A DNA stretch of 64,000 nt, from contig OX597839.1 in the NCBI GenBank assembly GCA_951406725.2, positions 1,922,001 through 1,986,000 on the forward strand. The letters run 5' to 3'. The first letter of the stretch is position 1. Each line of letters starts with the position of its first letter. The translations under genes and the position numbers were made by a program. This document shows, piece by piece, positions 40,132 to 54,332 of the stretch. The notes under the pieces are model-generated. The model worked only from the letters and a program-made list of their open reading frames with translations, had not been told where the DNA came from and made no database searches. The stretch comes from Octopus vulgaris (taxonomy: Eukaryota).

Positions 40132-40297
40132 CATACACACACACACACACACATACATATATATATATGGCTTTGTTCGGCTGAGGGCTATAGTAGACAC
40201 TTGCCCATGGTGTCATGCAGTGGGACTGAACACGGAACCATTTGTTTGGTAAGCAAGCTTCCTACTACACAGCCACGCCTGCGCCTATACATGTGTG

Positions 40298-40350
<53 letters not shown>

Positions 40351-41350
40351 GCGTGCGTGTGCGCGCGCGTGTATGTGTATATACATATATATTCATATAC
40401 ATATAGGAATACACGTGCAAACATATTTATACTCGAGGGCTGTCTGCATCATATTCGTTACAAAACTTCATTCACAAGACTCTAACCAACCCAAGGATGT
40501 GATAGACGTCATTAGTTTTAAGGTGCAGCGCGAACTCGTGAATTACAGAAACAATTGACACATATTCATTAACTAGAGTTTAGGCGAATGGATCGATGAT
40601 ATATGTCGATAGACTTTGGTGCTTAATAAAATATAAATAATTGAAACATAAACTTTATTCAATGCTAAATGTCTGGCTTTTAAATTGCTATCATATCACT
40701 CTCACGTTGTATTTATTTATATATGAATGATTATGTATGTATGTATGTATGTATGTATGTATGTATGTATGTATGTATGTATGTATGTATGTATGTATGT
40801 TTGTATGTATGTATGTATAAAAAGTATGAATGTAACTGTTTGTATTATGTACGCAGATGTATATAAGACTGATTTAATATAAACAGTTAGCATTCAAATA
40901 AAGAATTATGAAAAGAAAATAAATTAATTATTTAATTTTCTTTATATTCCTAATTAAAGACAATATCGAACTAAATTAGCTGATGAGAAGCCTTTTGGCA
41001 CCAATATTTTAGAAACATACACATGGGCACACAAAAACACATATATACACGAGTCTACGCCCACACATGATGTACATATATACATACATACGGACACTCA
41101 GACGCACACACGCTCGCGCGCGCGCACACACACACACACACACACAAGCAAATGCATATGCATATTAATGCGTTTATATCTGTATGTACGCGTGTGAGAT
41201 TTGTAGTACAAAGTGGATGAATACAACTCAGTGCATGTGTATGTGAGTGTGTATATGTATATACATACGTACATACATACATGCATGCATACTATATATA
41301 TATATATATATATATATGATCGCTAAATACTATATATATATATATATATG

Positions 41351-41407
<57 letters not shown>

Positions 41408-41674
41408 ATGAGGGAGATAAATTAATATTAATTTTAACATCAATTTAAAACCAGTAGTCCAGCATACAAAAAATCTGAGAAGTCAGAGAAAATTCTAATA
41501 TATGTGTATATTGGCAGGGCTGGACTGCTAGTTAGTCGGCCGTATGCTAGAAACAGATCATCAACGATCAAAAATTTGTAATTTATCCCTAATGTAATCG
41601 GTAAAATTAAGCACGTGTCTGTCTTGGCACAGAAAGCTGGGGTTAGTTTTTTCAGTTTGCATTCACACGGAACG

Positions 41675-41751
41675 AATGCACTGATGAAGCCACGGACATT
41701 TGAATTATGTAAGTAATTCTTTTGTTAAAGTCCGAAACCGAGGTATGCATT
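41675..41751 (+). ncRNA. Type I hammerhead ribozyme with extended stem II
   Basis: Stem I AATGCA/TGCATT; CTGATGA; AGCCAC insert; stem II GGAC...GTCC with GAATTAT-GTAA-GTAATTC hairpin; GAAA; stem III ACC-GA-GGT; GUA site. Confidence 0.8.
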
Positions 41752-41908
41752 TAATTCTGTTTTTTCATATAAATTTTCATCTTTCCTGCCCGCCAAATTT
41801 GGTTCTGGTGTTCGCTGAATTTTTCCTCTAGAGAATTTCCTTTGTAGTTTGATCGTTGATGATCTGTTTCTAGCATACGGCCGACTACCTAGCAGTCCAG
41901 CCCTGCCA

Positions 41909-41968
<60 letters not shown>

Positions 41969-42389
41969 CGAAATTGCGAGGATGATCCGGTTCTTGACTG
42001 AAGATTGAAGGCTTCGTGTTTTTTGTATCGTCTTCTAAATGTTTTGCGTTCTTATCCCAGTTTGTGTCTTTTTACATATATATATATAGTATTTAGCGAT
42101 TATCATGTTGCTAGTTTAGCCAATTAAAACACACGCACTATATATTTGGTGTCCGCTTGCTTCAGCTTTCTTTTATATTAACTGCATTTCGGCCAGAGTT
42201 CTTCCGTAACACTTCTGTAACCTCATCAGTGGTCCTTTGCTTTCTTCTTTCTTTTTTTGTGTGTGTTTCCTTACTAATGGCTGATCATTAGTAAGGAGAG
42301 ATACACAAAAATTGTTCACGATATAACAATTTTTAAACAGTGAATCCCCTTTCTTGCTTTTATCTTTTATTAAAATTTTTATTAAAATT

Positions 42390-42728
42390 TACTATTATAG
42401 TGAAGGCAGAGGTATTGTTTTCAGTCGTATTTGTTTGTTTGTTTGTCCGTGGACAAGATATCTCAAGAACCGCTCAAGATGGATTCGGATGAAACTTTCA
42501 GGGATGTTTGGCCTAGTGACTTGGGATCGATCAGGTAGCAGATTCTGGATTATTTTTCCGGTTTTTAAAATTTAATTTCAGGGAGCGATCGGGTTCATCT
42601 TTAATATTCTCGTTTGTGAGACCCGTCTAGTTTTTTTTTTTTTTCCGATATTCTCATCTTAAAAATCATCTCTGGCTAATCGCTGAGAGCACGTTGTTGT
42701 TGCTTTGGCGGAGCTGAATGCTCTTGTT
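42390..42728 (+). mobile_element. Helentron/HINE-like non-autonomous element
   Basis: GAGGTATTGTTTT, (GTTT)n, GGATTCGGATGAAACTT, terminal CTTTGGCGGAG; classification by resemblance only. Confidence 0.45.
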
Positions 42729-42773
42729 ATATACTACTTTTTGGAACGACGTGGTTATTTTGGCAGAAATCTG

Positions 42774-43563
42774 GTTTAAGCACCCCATCTAATCCCTCAT
42801 AACGTTTTTTTTTGGTTTTTTTTTGGAATTTCAGAAAAATTTTGCGAATTTATGTTCTACACACGGAAGTTTATACGATTATGGTGTGTGATGTAACAGC
42901 GATTAAGCTATTATTTTTAGCACAACTCACGACTACCTAATTCCTATTTCTTTACTACCCACAAGGGGCTAAACACAGAGAGGACAAACAAGGACAGACA
43001 AACGGATTAAGTCGATTATATCGACCCCAGTGCGTAACTAGTACTTATTTAATCGACCCCGAAAGGATGAAAAGCAAAGTTGACCTCGGCGGAATTTGAA
43101 CTCAGAACGTAGCGGCAGACGAAATACGGCTACGCATTTCGCCCGGCGTGCTAACGTTTCTGCCAGCTCGCCGCCTACCAAATGCCTTCTACGTTTCATT
43201 GTCATTTTGATATGTATTGATGTTTTTCAATATTTTTCTCCCCATTTAATGGGATGGTGATGCACCAAGGGTGATCCATTGCTGAAGTTTAAGCAAAATA
43301 TTCGAACCGTCCGTATTCGGAGAGAAAAATATTGCAAAACATCAATACATATCAAAGTGACAAAGAAGCGAGGAGGGTATCATGTGGTCATGAGTTGTGC
43401 TAAAAATGACAGCTAAATCGCCCTTAAATTACTCACTAAAAACGTTTCTATCTTTTTTTTTCTTTTTTTTTTTGTAATCGTATAAATTCCCGTGTGTAGA
43501 ACACAAAATTCGTAAAATGCAAAAAATGTTAAAAATTATGACGGTTTATATGGGGCGCTTATT
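42774..43563. mobile_element. Palindromic long-TIR MITE interrupted by SINE B (42942-43175)
   Basis: TGTTCTACACACGG/CCGTGTGTAGAACA, TTTTTAGCACAACTCA/TGAGTTGTGCTAAAAA, TTTGATATGTATTGATGTTTT/AAAACATCAATACATATCAAA. Confidence 0.8.
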
Positions 43564-44183
43564 TTGTTTATTATTTTCTCATTTATTTTTCTACGGAACT
43601 CTTGAATTCTTAATCGATGTTAAAAAACTGACACGGAGAAAGAAAAGAAAATTTAATTCGTTCGTCGTTTGTCAACATGCAAACAAAGCAAAGTTGCCTC
43701 CCCTGGAAGAAAGTTTTTATATTGAGAATTATCGTTCTTTACGTTTAACTCCAACGTTTCATGGCTTTGTCTTGTATTTATTTCAGTCATTGGACTGCGG
43801 CCATGCTGGAGCACCGCCTTGAACGGATTAGTCGAACAAATCAACTACAAATCGACTTACTTTTTTTAATTTGGTACTTATTCATTTGATTATAATACAC
43901 CGAGGGAGATTTACGACTTGTCAGACACCCTAGAGCATAGGTTCTCAAAGTGGGCGCTATACCCACACCCGGTGGGCGTTGAGAGGGTCCAGGCGCGCGC
44001 TGGTGTCTGAGGGGGCAGTAGAGAAAAAGGTGGCATTGGGAGGAAGGCAGTAGATTGGGGGACACTTATGAATTTATAATATTATTATAGTATTGTATAC
44101 AAATTATATTAAATATCAAATGATTCGTAGTATATATAAATTAGTAAAATATGAAATTTTTATTGAATGACATATTCTGGATT

Positions 44184-45032
44184 ACAGGGGGCGTGACAGA
44201 CGAGATGTGCAGTGTGTTCGTGTTCTTTGTAGGACAGAGTGTTGGACTAACCACCGCCTGGTACGTGCAAAAGTGAAAGTAATCGCAAAACCTAAAATCC
44301 AGGCTGCAGGTATTACTCTGCCTAAAAGACTGAATGTTGCTCGTCTTAGATGTAATAGTGTGAAGAGAACTTTATGAGAGGAAATGAATGTTGCAGATAT
44401 TAGGGAGGATTGGCCGACCCTTAAAAAGTCAGTTTATGATATAGGTAGGAAAGTTCTGGGATTGATATAAAGAAAGCATCAAGATTGGTTTAAAGAAAAT
44501 GATGAACATATAGATGATTTATTGGCTGATAAAAGACGTACTTTGTCACGCTATTTGCCAGCAAAGCCACAGGAGAGAGATGTATTGCATAGGGAACTCA
44601 AGGATGTGAAATCACGTGTGAGGCGGAAGCTCTCTCAGATGAGGGATATCTGGTGGAGTAAGAAGGCTGATAAGATACAAGTGGCGTCGGATTCCAATAA
44701 CACAAAGCTGTTGTATAGTCTCTTGCGAGAAGTTTATAGACCGACTTCTCTGATGACGCCACTTCGAAGCAGGAATGGTAAAGAACTTCTTCGTGATTCA
44801 CAAGGAATTCTGTGAAGGTGACTAGAACACTTTGATGAACTTTTGAATCAGCAGTCTGTAGTTAGTGAGGAAGTTCTCAAACTCATCCCTGAATTATTTT
44901 TGAGGGCGACTCTCGCGGAACCCCCAATGTTGGAAGAAGTTGCGGTGGCTGTCTCAAGGATGAATAATGGGAGGTCTCCGGGTACGGATGGCATACATGC
45001 GGAGTTGTTACAGCATGGCGGTGAGAAACTTC
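44184..45032 (+). pseudogene. RTE-clade relic (endonuclease end to RT start)
   Basis: ECWTNHRLVRAK, PKRLNVARL, RKHQDWFKEND, WWSKKADKIQ, SPGTDGIHAELLQHGG. Confidence 0.85.
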
Positions 45033-45588
45033 TTCCTTCCAGTTTTTTTCTCACTTATCCTATCTCCAATTTTTTCCTCTCCCCATCACAGTTCTCTGCC
45101 TGTCACTCTCTCTCCCTCATTCTTCCTCCCTTGTTCACGTGGCTCTCACGTGACCATCGGTCTTCTTCTCCTAATTTGCGTTTCTTTCTCTCCGTTGTAG
45201 CTGGATCAAGGAAGACGGGTTCTTGTCTGTCTCTTGTCCAAGTTTGATTTATGCGTTCGCCACCCCAAACTCGTTTAGGCTTAGCAGCCATTCCTGCTTG
45301 TTTTCACAGTCCTGTTTATGTTACCTATTTTGACCCTCCACAAAATCCCAAATTTTATTTAATTTGCTTTACAAGAACAACCGTTTTATCGAAAGCGTAT
45401 CTTGTTGTTAAATGCTGGAAATACGAGATTAGAAAAACAGCCAACAATTGATGAAGGGTTGATTTTGTGTTGTTTGTCTTGTTTTCCATTTGTGCCTTTA
45501 GTTGTTCGAAAAAATAATTTATATTCCATGTACTCGTACTTCGTATTTTTGCTGCACACGTTTCCTGACGTCTTGTACCCACATATGC

Positions 45589-45655
<67 letters not shown>

Positions 45656-45656
45656 C

Positions 45657-45790
<134 letters not shown>

Positions 45791-45849
45791 TCAATTCACC
45801 GCGAAGAAAGTTCAACTCTAAGAAAGTTTACCAAGAAAATATATCTATA

Positions 45850-47100
45850 AGTCCTTGGTCAACATTTAACAAGATTTTGAATTGCGCAGCTATTCGTGCA
45901 TGACATTCACAAAATCTTTTGATCTACTAGCCTTGAACTCCATCTGGTCCCGGAGCCTTCCAGATGCTCATTTTTTTGCCGATTTCCTTCACTTCCGTAA
46001 CTGAAATTACTAGTTCTGCCTGCTTTGGCCAGACTACTGTTTGTTTCAGTTCTTGCAACCATTCAGCATCCTTCTTGTGCTCCTTTTCTTTGCTCCAGAT
46101 GTCACTCCAAAACCTTTGATTTTCAATATTATCAGTTATTAACTTTTCATCTGTACACTCTCTATTTATTTCTTTGTAGAATCTCTTCTGATCTACTCTG
46201 AATAACCTATTCTGCTGGCAGCACTTCTTTCTTTGGTCGTATCTTACTATCTGTGCTTTCTTTGCAATGAGGCAGTTCCCCCATTACCACTTTCATGCCC
46301 TTTCTTTCTATATCCTACTTCTTGTTCAGTGCCTTGAATTTTTGTTCACTTTTAAGTTTTTCCCTTCTCTTTTCGGTCTAACACAGAAATGTCTCTCGAG
46401 AGCATATCTAACGCCCGCCTGTATTCTTCTTTTCTACCTATTTCTTTACTACCCACAAGGGTCTACACACAGAGGGGACAAACAGGGATAGACAAACGGA
46501 TTAAGTCGATTATATCGACCCCAGTTGATATAGGCGGTGAGTTGGCAGAATCGTTAGCACGCCGGGAGAAATGCGTAGCCGTATTTCGTCTGTCTTGACG
46601 TTCTGAGTTCAAATTCCGCCGAGGTCGACTTTGCCTTTCATCCTTTCGGGGTCGATATATTAAGTACCAGTTACGCACTGGGGTTGATGTAATCGACTTA
46701 ATCCCTTTGTCTGTCCTTGTTTGTCCCCTCTATGTTTAGCCCCTTGTGGGTAATAAAGAAACATATATCGACCCCAGTGCGTAACTGGTACTTATTTAAT
46801 CGACCCGAAAGGATGAAAGGCAAAATCGACCTCGGTGGAATTTGAACTCAGAACGTAGCGGCAGAAGAAATACCACTTAGCATTTTGCTCGGCGCGCTAA
46901 CGACTCTGCTAGCTCGCCGCCTTTACCAGCTCGCCGCCTTTTCTACCATGGATCTTTTCTTTTGTCACTCCTATTATATAATTCTTTTTCGTGACATCGA
47001 CACCCACATTTTTTTTACACCAATACTTGCTGCCTTGATCAAATTATTTTGTTGTTCGTTCTGATGTATTTCAGAATTTCATTGACAGTTGGCCCATCTA
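45850..47100 (-). pseudogene. Second R4/Dong-like relic (pre-RT region), interrupted by SINE B cluster 46436-46940
   Basis: Minus strand QNRLFRVDQKRFYKEI, RFWSDIWSKEKEHKKDAEWL, WKAPGPDGVQG. Confidence 0.7.
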
Positions 47101-47353
47101 CTCCGTGTGTATTGGCCCATTACTGGATAACGACAAGCTGGAATCGGACCAATATCTCTGAGCCTGTCGGGTGCAACACCGTCACCATCAAGGGCTTCAG
47201 TTTCATTACCACCGTTATTCACAATATTTTGTTTTTTCATTGTTACTCATATGAGGTAGAGGTTATCAGGTTGCGCAATTACCAGTGTTTTTAATGTGAC
47301 ACCATCACTAGATGTATCATCAATCAGGACATGGGGAGATTCCAACTGTTTCC

Positions 47354-47467
<114 letters not shown>

Positions 47468-48040
47468 CGACCATCTTCATCAAGGTGGTGAGCTGGTGCG
47501 ATCATTAGCATGTCGGGCAAAACGCTTAGCGACATTTCGTTCGTCTTCATATTCAGAGTTCAAATTCCGCCGAGGTTGACATTGCCTTTCATCCTTTCGT
47601 GGGGAGATAAATTAACTACCAGTTGAGCAATATGTCGATAGCAGTTGACTTAATCTCTTCCCTGAAACTGCTGACCTTGTGCCAAAATTTGAAACCGATA
47701 TCATATGACAACTTATTCTAAAATGTGAAACATGTTATTGCCATTTTAACTTCCAGTTGCGAAAGAAAAAATAACACATGACTTATTTAATGACCATTAA
47801 CTTATCTTTCATCACTGCACTCATTACTGGATCATATACATCAGTATTCTTATCGACAAATTGCATCAGAAACGATCTTCTGGTATTCAAGCGTATCAGC
47901 CGAGCATCTTCAGTGAATGTGTAACAACTTGGTTAATCTCCAATGGTTATTGTACGATTGATCGTTCTGTCCACACAGTATGCAAGCAAACCTCGCTAAT
48001 TAATCATACGCTTACATATATATATATATATATATATATT

Positions 48041-48454
48041 GTTGGCATCCTTTTTGTCTCGGGAGACAATGGAGTTGCGCATAAAGTAGTCTAGTCCGGC
48101 TTTTACATTTCATGTCCTGATATATTTCCTGCTGTGGCTGTGTAGTCCTATCCTGGACAAACACTTCCTCTGGCAGGTACCGCAAATGTAGCGAAGACTG
48201 TTCCTGGCTGGTTGTAATGCCATAGTTTCTTGTTGACGTCTTTTCTTGTCTTTCCATTTATCCTCTCTCTCTCTCTCTGTCACTCCTTTGTATTCCCTCT
48301 CTTACGGTACGTCGCCAGTCTCCACGGTTGCCGGCAACTGCCTCCCAACCGCTAATATTGATGTTGCAGGCCTTCATGTCCCTTTTGCAAACATCCTTGT
48401 AACGTAAGAGCGGTCTACCCACAGACCTAGTACCCCTAGCAAGCTCTCCGTAGA

Positions 48455-48455
<1 letters not shown>
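48041..48455 (-). pseudogene. RTE-clade 3' end with Zn-finger and 3' UTR
   Basis: ILYGELARGTRSVGRPLLRYKDVCKRDMK..WR; then YICGTCQRKCLSRIGLHSH. Confidence 0.85.
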
Positions 48456-48501
<46 letters not shown>

Positions 48502-49103
48502 TATACATATATACATATATACACATATTCGCTTATATGTATACACACGCACACACATACATACATATACATATCTGTTTGTGTCTATGCCAGATGGTCA
48601 TGCGATTATGGTGGCTATGCTAGGCTATAATAGAAGCCCCTGTTCAATCACTGTATTTCCTGGAAATAACAGCCAAATCTTCCTCATCTCATACTTCAGC
48701 GTCTTGAAAAAGTATACATCGGTTAATGTAATCTTTGATTCACTATTGCTGGGTATAACTTCAAACTGCATCCGGTAGTTAGGTTCCGGTTCGTGAGTTA
48801 AAGCAGAATATTTGCTATAACGATATTTCTGCGTCAGCAACTCAGGGCCGAATCTATCTGAAATGTAACAGAAAGTAGGTGAGTATAAAAACATTGATGT
48901 CAAGGTTACAAGAGCAATATTTGAAGGGATTAGTAAACATTTCCTATGATTTCTAGATAGAAGCACATAAGAAATAACATTTACTGACCAAAGACAACAA
49001 GCAAATCTGTAGTGTTGAGCTGAATATTTTCTATAACAATATTTCTGCTTCAGCAGCTCAGTGCAAGGGGGAGATAAGCATCTCCACCCAGCTAAGCCTG
49101 CAC

Positions 49104-49144
49104 CCAGAGACTAGTTTCTGAGTCTGTGCTCGTCATCAGTCTGG
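49104..49144 (-). ncRNA. Minimal hammerhead ribozyme
   Basis: CCAGA-CTGATGA-C-GAG(CACAGA)CTC-A-GAAA-CTAG-TC-TCTGG; palindromic stem III ACTAGT; GUC site. Confidence 0.8.
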
Positions 49145-49998
49145 AGTAGCATGGCCTGCTAGTTGGAAATGCCTAACTAGCCCTTGCAAGCATATAAGAA
49201 TTCTAGTGAAATACATTCACTGATTACAAAATGTAATGGGAGATAGGTGAGTTTTTTAAAATATTGACGTCCAAGTCAAAAAGGCAAAGTTTGTAGGGAG
49301 TAGTAGACATTTCCCTTGATTTCTAGATAGAAGCAAATAAGAAATAACACTGAACATAAACGGAAAAAGTTTAAAATTTTGTTACACAGTGTTATCCATG
49401 AAACAGGCGACTTTTTATGGGAGATTAGTTACAGCCCTTTCTATACGCTGTGAGATCGAATCCTGCATTCACCAATTTGTTTTTCTTCCTTCGGATATCG
49501 ATAAAGTAAAGTAGCATTCACACAGCAGAACAGGCAATGCGCAAACTCAGAATTTATGGGTTTCTGCCTCTGTGAGAAATCAATATTATCGATATAATCA
49601 AGATTAGTATCAATCACATTATTGCAAGTCTGTATAAATGATATTTGTATCAATCATTCATGATATTAATCAATGGATTCTGTTTACCCTTTATTTTGTT
49701 TATCTTTTATCTTGCACTTGTTTCATTCAGTGAAGCGCAGCCATGCTGGAGCACCATCTTGAAGAGTTATAGTCGAACAGATTGACTCCATTATTTGTGC
49801 ATTTTGGGTTTATTGTTCTATTTACTAAAGTTCGCTACTTATTCTATCTGTGTCTTTTGTTGAATCGCTGAGTTACGGAAATGTAAACAAACCAACATCG
49901 GTTGTCAAACGATGGGGCCAAACACAGGCACACAGACACACACATATATACAAAGAGTCACAGGAGGGGTCGAAACGATCGTCATACTGAATACAGAC

Positions 49999-50042
<44 letters not shown>

Positions 50043-50253
50043 CATTTCTAAATATCTCAGAGGGATTTATGCGGTAGTGGTGCGATAAAGTAGTTGTATA
50101 GTGTCAACTTAATGTGACAGTCCCATGAAGAGAATCACACTACTGTTATTTAGCCCTAGGACGCAGCAATGCTTCCTGTCGGCCTTGACACATTTCCTGT
50201 ATCCTTATGTTTGCAAGGGGGAGATAAGCACCTCCACCCAGCTAAGCCTGCAA

Positions 50254-50294
50254 CCAGAGACTAGTTTCTGAGTCTTTGCTCGTCATCAGTCTGG
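50254..50294 (-). ncRNA. Minimal hammerhead ribozyme, second copy
   Basis: Same as 49104-49144 with loop II CAAAGA. Confidence 0.8.
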
Positions 50295-50364
50295 AGTAGC
50301 ATGGCCTGCTAGTTGGAAATGCCTAACTAGCCCTTGCAAACATATAAGAACTCCTACATAACTA

Positions 50365-50848
50365 TCTATCGTTCTTTCGTTTAGCTTTTGCTCCTGATCG
50401 AAAACACCAGTAATTCCATCTCTTGAAACGCTTTCTACGGACGGATTGAACGATTTCCTCTTTTCATTTCTGATATAGACTGATCCTTCAGCTTCACATG
50501 CGACTTTACTGGGTGTCTTCACACACATCGCTTCTGACGGTTCATTCTGAAACTTTGAGGTCACTTTGCAGTAGCTTTGATTGACTTTCTGGAGGTTTAT
50601 CGATTATTTCTTGGCATGTTTTGGACGAAGTTATCTATTCTGATGGCATCAGGACCCCGCGCATGCGTTTTGCGTGTAGCTTCTGACGTTGGATCCCCGT
50701 CAGCAACGTCCTGTTCCATTTGAACTTTGGCAACGAAGGATCGGTAAACTTTCAGGAAGCGAGCTATCTCTGCATCACCATGTTGCTCTTTTGAAGCAGC
50801 GATTACAGTGTGTCTCTTCATTTGATGAGTGAAGTTGATGCCTGACAT
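50365..50848 (-). pseudogene. Tc1/mariner (IS630 superfamily) transposase N-terminal relic
   Basis: KRHTVIAA..EIARFLKVYRSFVAKV HTH-like; later FDQEQKLN; frameshifted. Confidence 0.65.
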
Positions 50849-50884
50849 TATTTATCTGAAAAGTAAATTAACAAAAATAAGCTA

Positions 50885-50988
<104 letters not shown>

Positions 50989-51126
50989 TCTGTCTGTCTG
51001 TCACTCTATGTATGTACATATATATGCATCCACACCCACACACATATGTATACATATACATACATATCTAAACGTATGCATGTGTCTGTGTATGTATGGG
51101 TGTATATGTATATATATGTATGCATG

Positions 51127-51187
<61 letters not shown>

Positions 51188-52410
51188 AACACATACATAT
51201 TTATTTATATATATATAAATAAATATATATGTATGTATATATATGTATATATATATGTATATATATATGTGTATATATATATGTATATATATATATATAT
51301 ATAATATATATTTATTTATATATATATATAAATATAGATATAGATAACGCACATTCACTTCTTTCACATCTAAATGTCAACTTAATATTTCACAAAAATA
51401 CCAACAAGGTTATCAGAAAGTTTGTGTATACATCTGCCTCTGTTGAACAGGTTTCAATATGATGAATAGATACAAACAAAGGAATAGTTATACAGCGTGG
51501 GGCTGGAGATGTGGAGATCATATGTAATCAATACTAGATTGAATGATAATATTGATTTCTAATATAATCACATGACCATAAATTTAGTGGAAGCCGGGTG
51601 GGGCCGATCGTACTTTGAGCTTTAATCATTCGGTTTGTTTTCCATGCAATGTATCCGTGTTTATAAATTGTAACACAATTTTTGTCATTGGGAAAAAACT
51701 GTTATTTCCTATTTGCATATTCCTAGAAAGCATAAAATTGGTTAATATTTCCTTAATATTTCCTTCGAACTTTGCTTTTGTTACATCTATTCAAGCACAA
51801 AAAAATCCCTCTTAACATGTAGCTATGATGCTCCCCCACTACTCCTGCTCATCATCAGAGATGCACATATTGTCAGCCACTAAGGGACTTGCTCATATTG
51901 TTAAGGTCAAGCAACCGACAAGCTGAATATTTGCTATAATGATATTTCTGCTTCGGCAACTCAGTGCGACCCTGTTTGAAATGTAATGGAAAATAGGTTA
52001 GATTCAAATTATTGATGTTCAGGTTACAAAAGGAAAGTTTTAAGGGAATAGTAGTCCTTGCCGTTGATTTTTTTTTAGATAGAAGCAAATAAGAAATAAT
52101 ACCTACTGAATAAAGAGAGAAAAGATAAAAATTTTGTTACACCGTGTTATCCAACACAAAGTGATATCCCTTTATATAGTGTCAAGCGTGTTCTTTCAAG
52201 AAGACGAGTAACACAATGTTGTTGGCACAGGAATGGCCAACAATGCTTTGCAATCATATAGTTTCGGGTTCAGTCCCACTGTACAACAACTTTGGCATGT
52301 GTCTTCTACTATAGCTCCAAGTCGACCAGTAAATGTGCGAGTGACAGAATTAATGTGAACAGAAACTGCATGTATGTATATACTTATGTGTGTGTGTGTA
52401 TGTATTTTCT

Positions 52411-52487
<77 letters not shown>

Positions 52488-52584
52488 TAATAATATAGGG
52501 TGAAATTAATTAATTTGGAATAATCATTAATTTCACCAAGTAGATTTCGGCATGTAAAAGCCTCATTCGAGGAAAGTTTAAGTA

Positions 52585-52875
52585 ATACTAAGTAATTAAG
52601 GGTTTAGCAACGATTTGCCTCACCACACACCGAATTTAGAAATAGCAGTCAAAGAGTTATAGCTATTCTTTCTACTAAAAGGGAGATCTCAGTAAAATCT
52701 ATCATGATAGATTGCCGTCATTTCTTTCTCTCTTGCCTGTCTGTGTTTGCCTTTCAAGTGCTGTGGTTTTACTGAGATCTCCCTTTTAGTAGAAAGAATA
52801 GCTATAACTCTTTGACTGCTATTTCTAAATTCGGTGTGTGGTGAGGCAAATCGTTGCTAAACCCTTAATTACTTA

Positions 52876-52879
<4 letters not shown>
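52585..52879. repeat. Perfect 113-bp inverted repeat with 69-bp spacer
   Basis: 52585-52697 is the reverse complement of 52767-52879 with no mismatch seen by eye. Confidence 0.92.
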
Positions 52880-52947
<68 letters not shown>

Positions 52948-53767
52948 CTTTCTGTCTGTGCTTGTCATCCCTCCACAGCTTGACAATTTCTTTACGTCCC
53001 CGTAACTTAGCAGTTTATACCCTTTTTAAATTTAAAAAACCCTCAGATACGTGAGTGGGTTTGTTCTACTAAAATCCTTCAAGGCGGTGCTCCAGTGTGG
53101 CCGCTGTTCAATAGATAGAAAGGTGTGAAAACAAAGTACACCTATCCTCGTTTATCACGAACTGTTTTGTTAAAAACAGCAAAACAGTGATAAACGAATA
53201 ATTTCTTTGCAATTTGTAAATAGAACGAATGGTAGAGTCATCGACAGCGAACTCGCAACCGACAGCAGCAAAGTTCCTACAGTTACGTACCTCCTTCATC
53301 ATTTCTATCCCTTTGCTACAGAGAATATATTCACCTGCAACATTTGTTAGGTTCAGGCGCTTTGGTATATTTTCTGCTCACTGGTCATATGTTTGTTGAT
53401 ACGAATACATAAATCCGTATTTGAAATATGCTGCCTGCAACACGACCATATAAATACAAGCGATAGTTAATGCATTCTGTTTAGCTTTCGTGGGGGTGAG
53501 TTATGAGGTGTAAGCAAAATCTCGACTGATCACCGACCAGTGTTATTACAGACCAATCTGTGATAAACGTAACATAATTTACAATTAAGCGTACCGTATT
53601 ATTGCAGATCAGCGATGAATGAATCTGATTGTTTCTCCGTTACTTAGCCTGTCCGTAACACTTCCGCGTGATTAGCTGAAGGGGAGGGGGAAGAAATGAG
53701 GCGGGAGAGGGGGTGTTGAGTGACATGTGTAATTTTTTTTACTAAGTTTTTAAACTAAGTTGATTTT

Positions 53768-53820
<53 letters not shown>

Positions 53821-54332
53821 CGTATTTCTTAACATGCAGCTACATATATGTGTGAGTGTATATTTGTATAGGTGTGTGCTTGTATGTGTGTATGAATGAG
53901 TGCTTGTATGTATGCGTGTGTGAAATCACAAGGACAGCCACCAAAGAAAAAAATCGTCCCATTAATGGCTCCATCTTAGAATCAATTATTATTGCAAGAA
54001 CAAAACCAGCCCCCCCCCCCCCCCCAACTCCTGCCTCAAACTCTATAAAAGTAAGTGCAACATAAAAAATATAAAAGCAAAACAGCAATACATATCTGAA
54101 TACATCTTTTTGTATAGTTATATCGATTACGATGCTTTAATCTATATGCCTCTTAGCTCCTATATTCATTTCGCTCTAATCTACTTACAGAATACGTTTC
54201 AAGTGCGAGTGATCTTAAAAGACTTCTGAGGCACGTTAATACAATATAAGAAATGTGTTGAACGACCGACCAGATAACTTCATGATCTAAATTGTACAAT
54301 CATCAATTTACTGTATACATAATAGAAAGGTG

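Noticed and set aside
40975-41030. CTGATGAGAAG...TTTAGAAACAT
   Set aside because: Stems I-III too weak; may be chance or heavily decayed.
42170-42240. Minus-strand CTGATGA-GGTTA...TGGCC-GAAATGCAGT hammerhead-like core
   Set aside because: Stem II is plausible but no stem I partner follows; not counted without a consensus.
52538-52573. Minus-strand CGAATGA-GGC..GCC-GAAA
   Set aside because: Core has two changes and stems I and III do not form.
53108-53720. HTH-like peptide (FAVDDSTIRSIYK) and ETS/E2F-like motifs nearby
   Set aside because: Possibly a pogo/Tigger relic but too short and degraded to call; the motifs are isolated.
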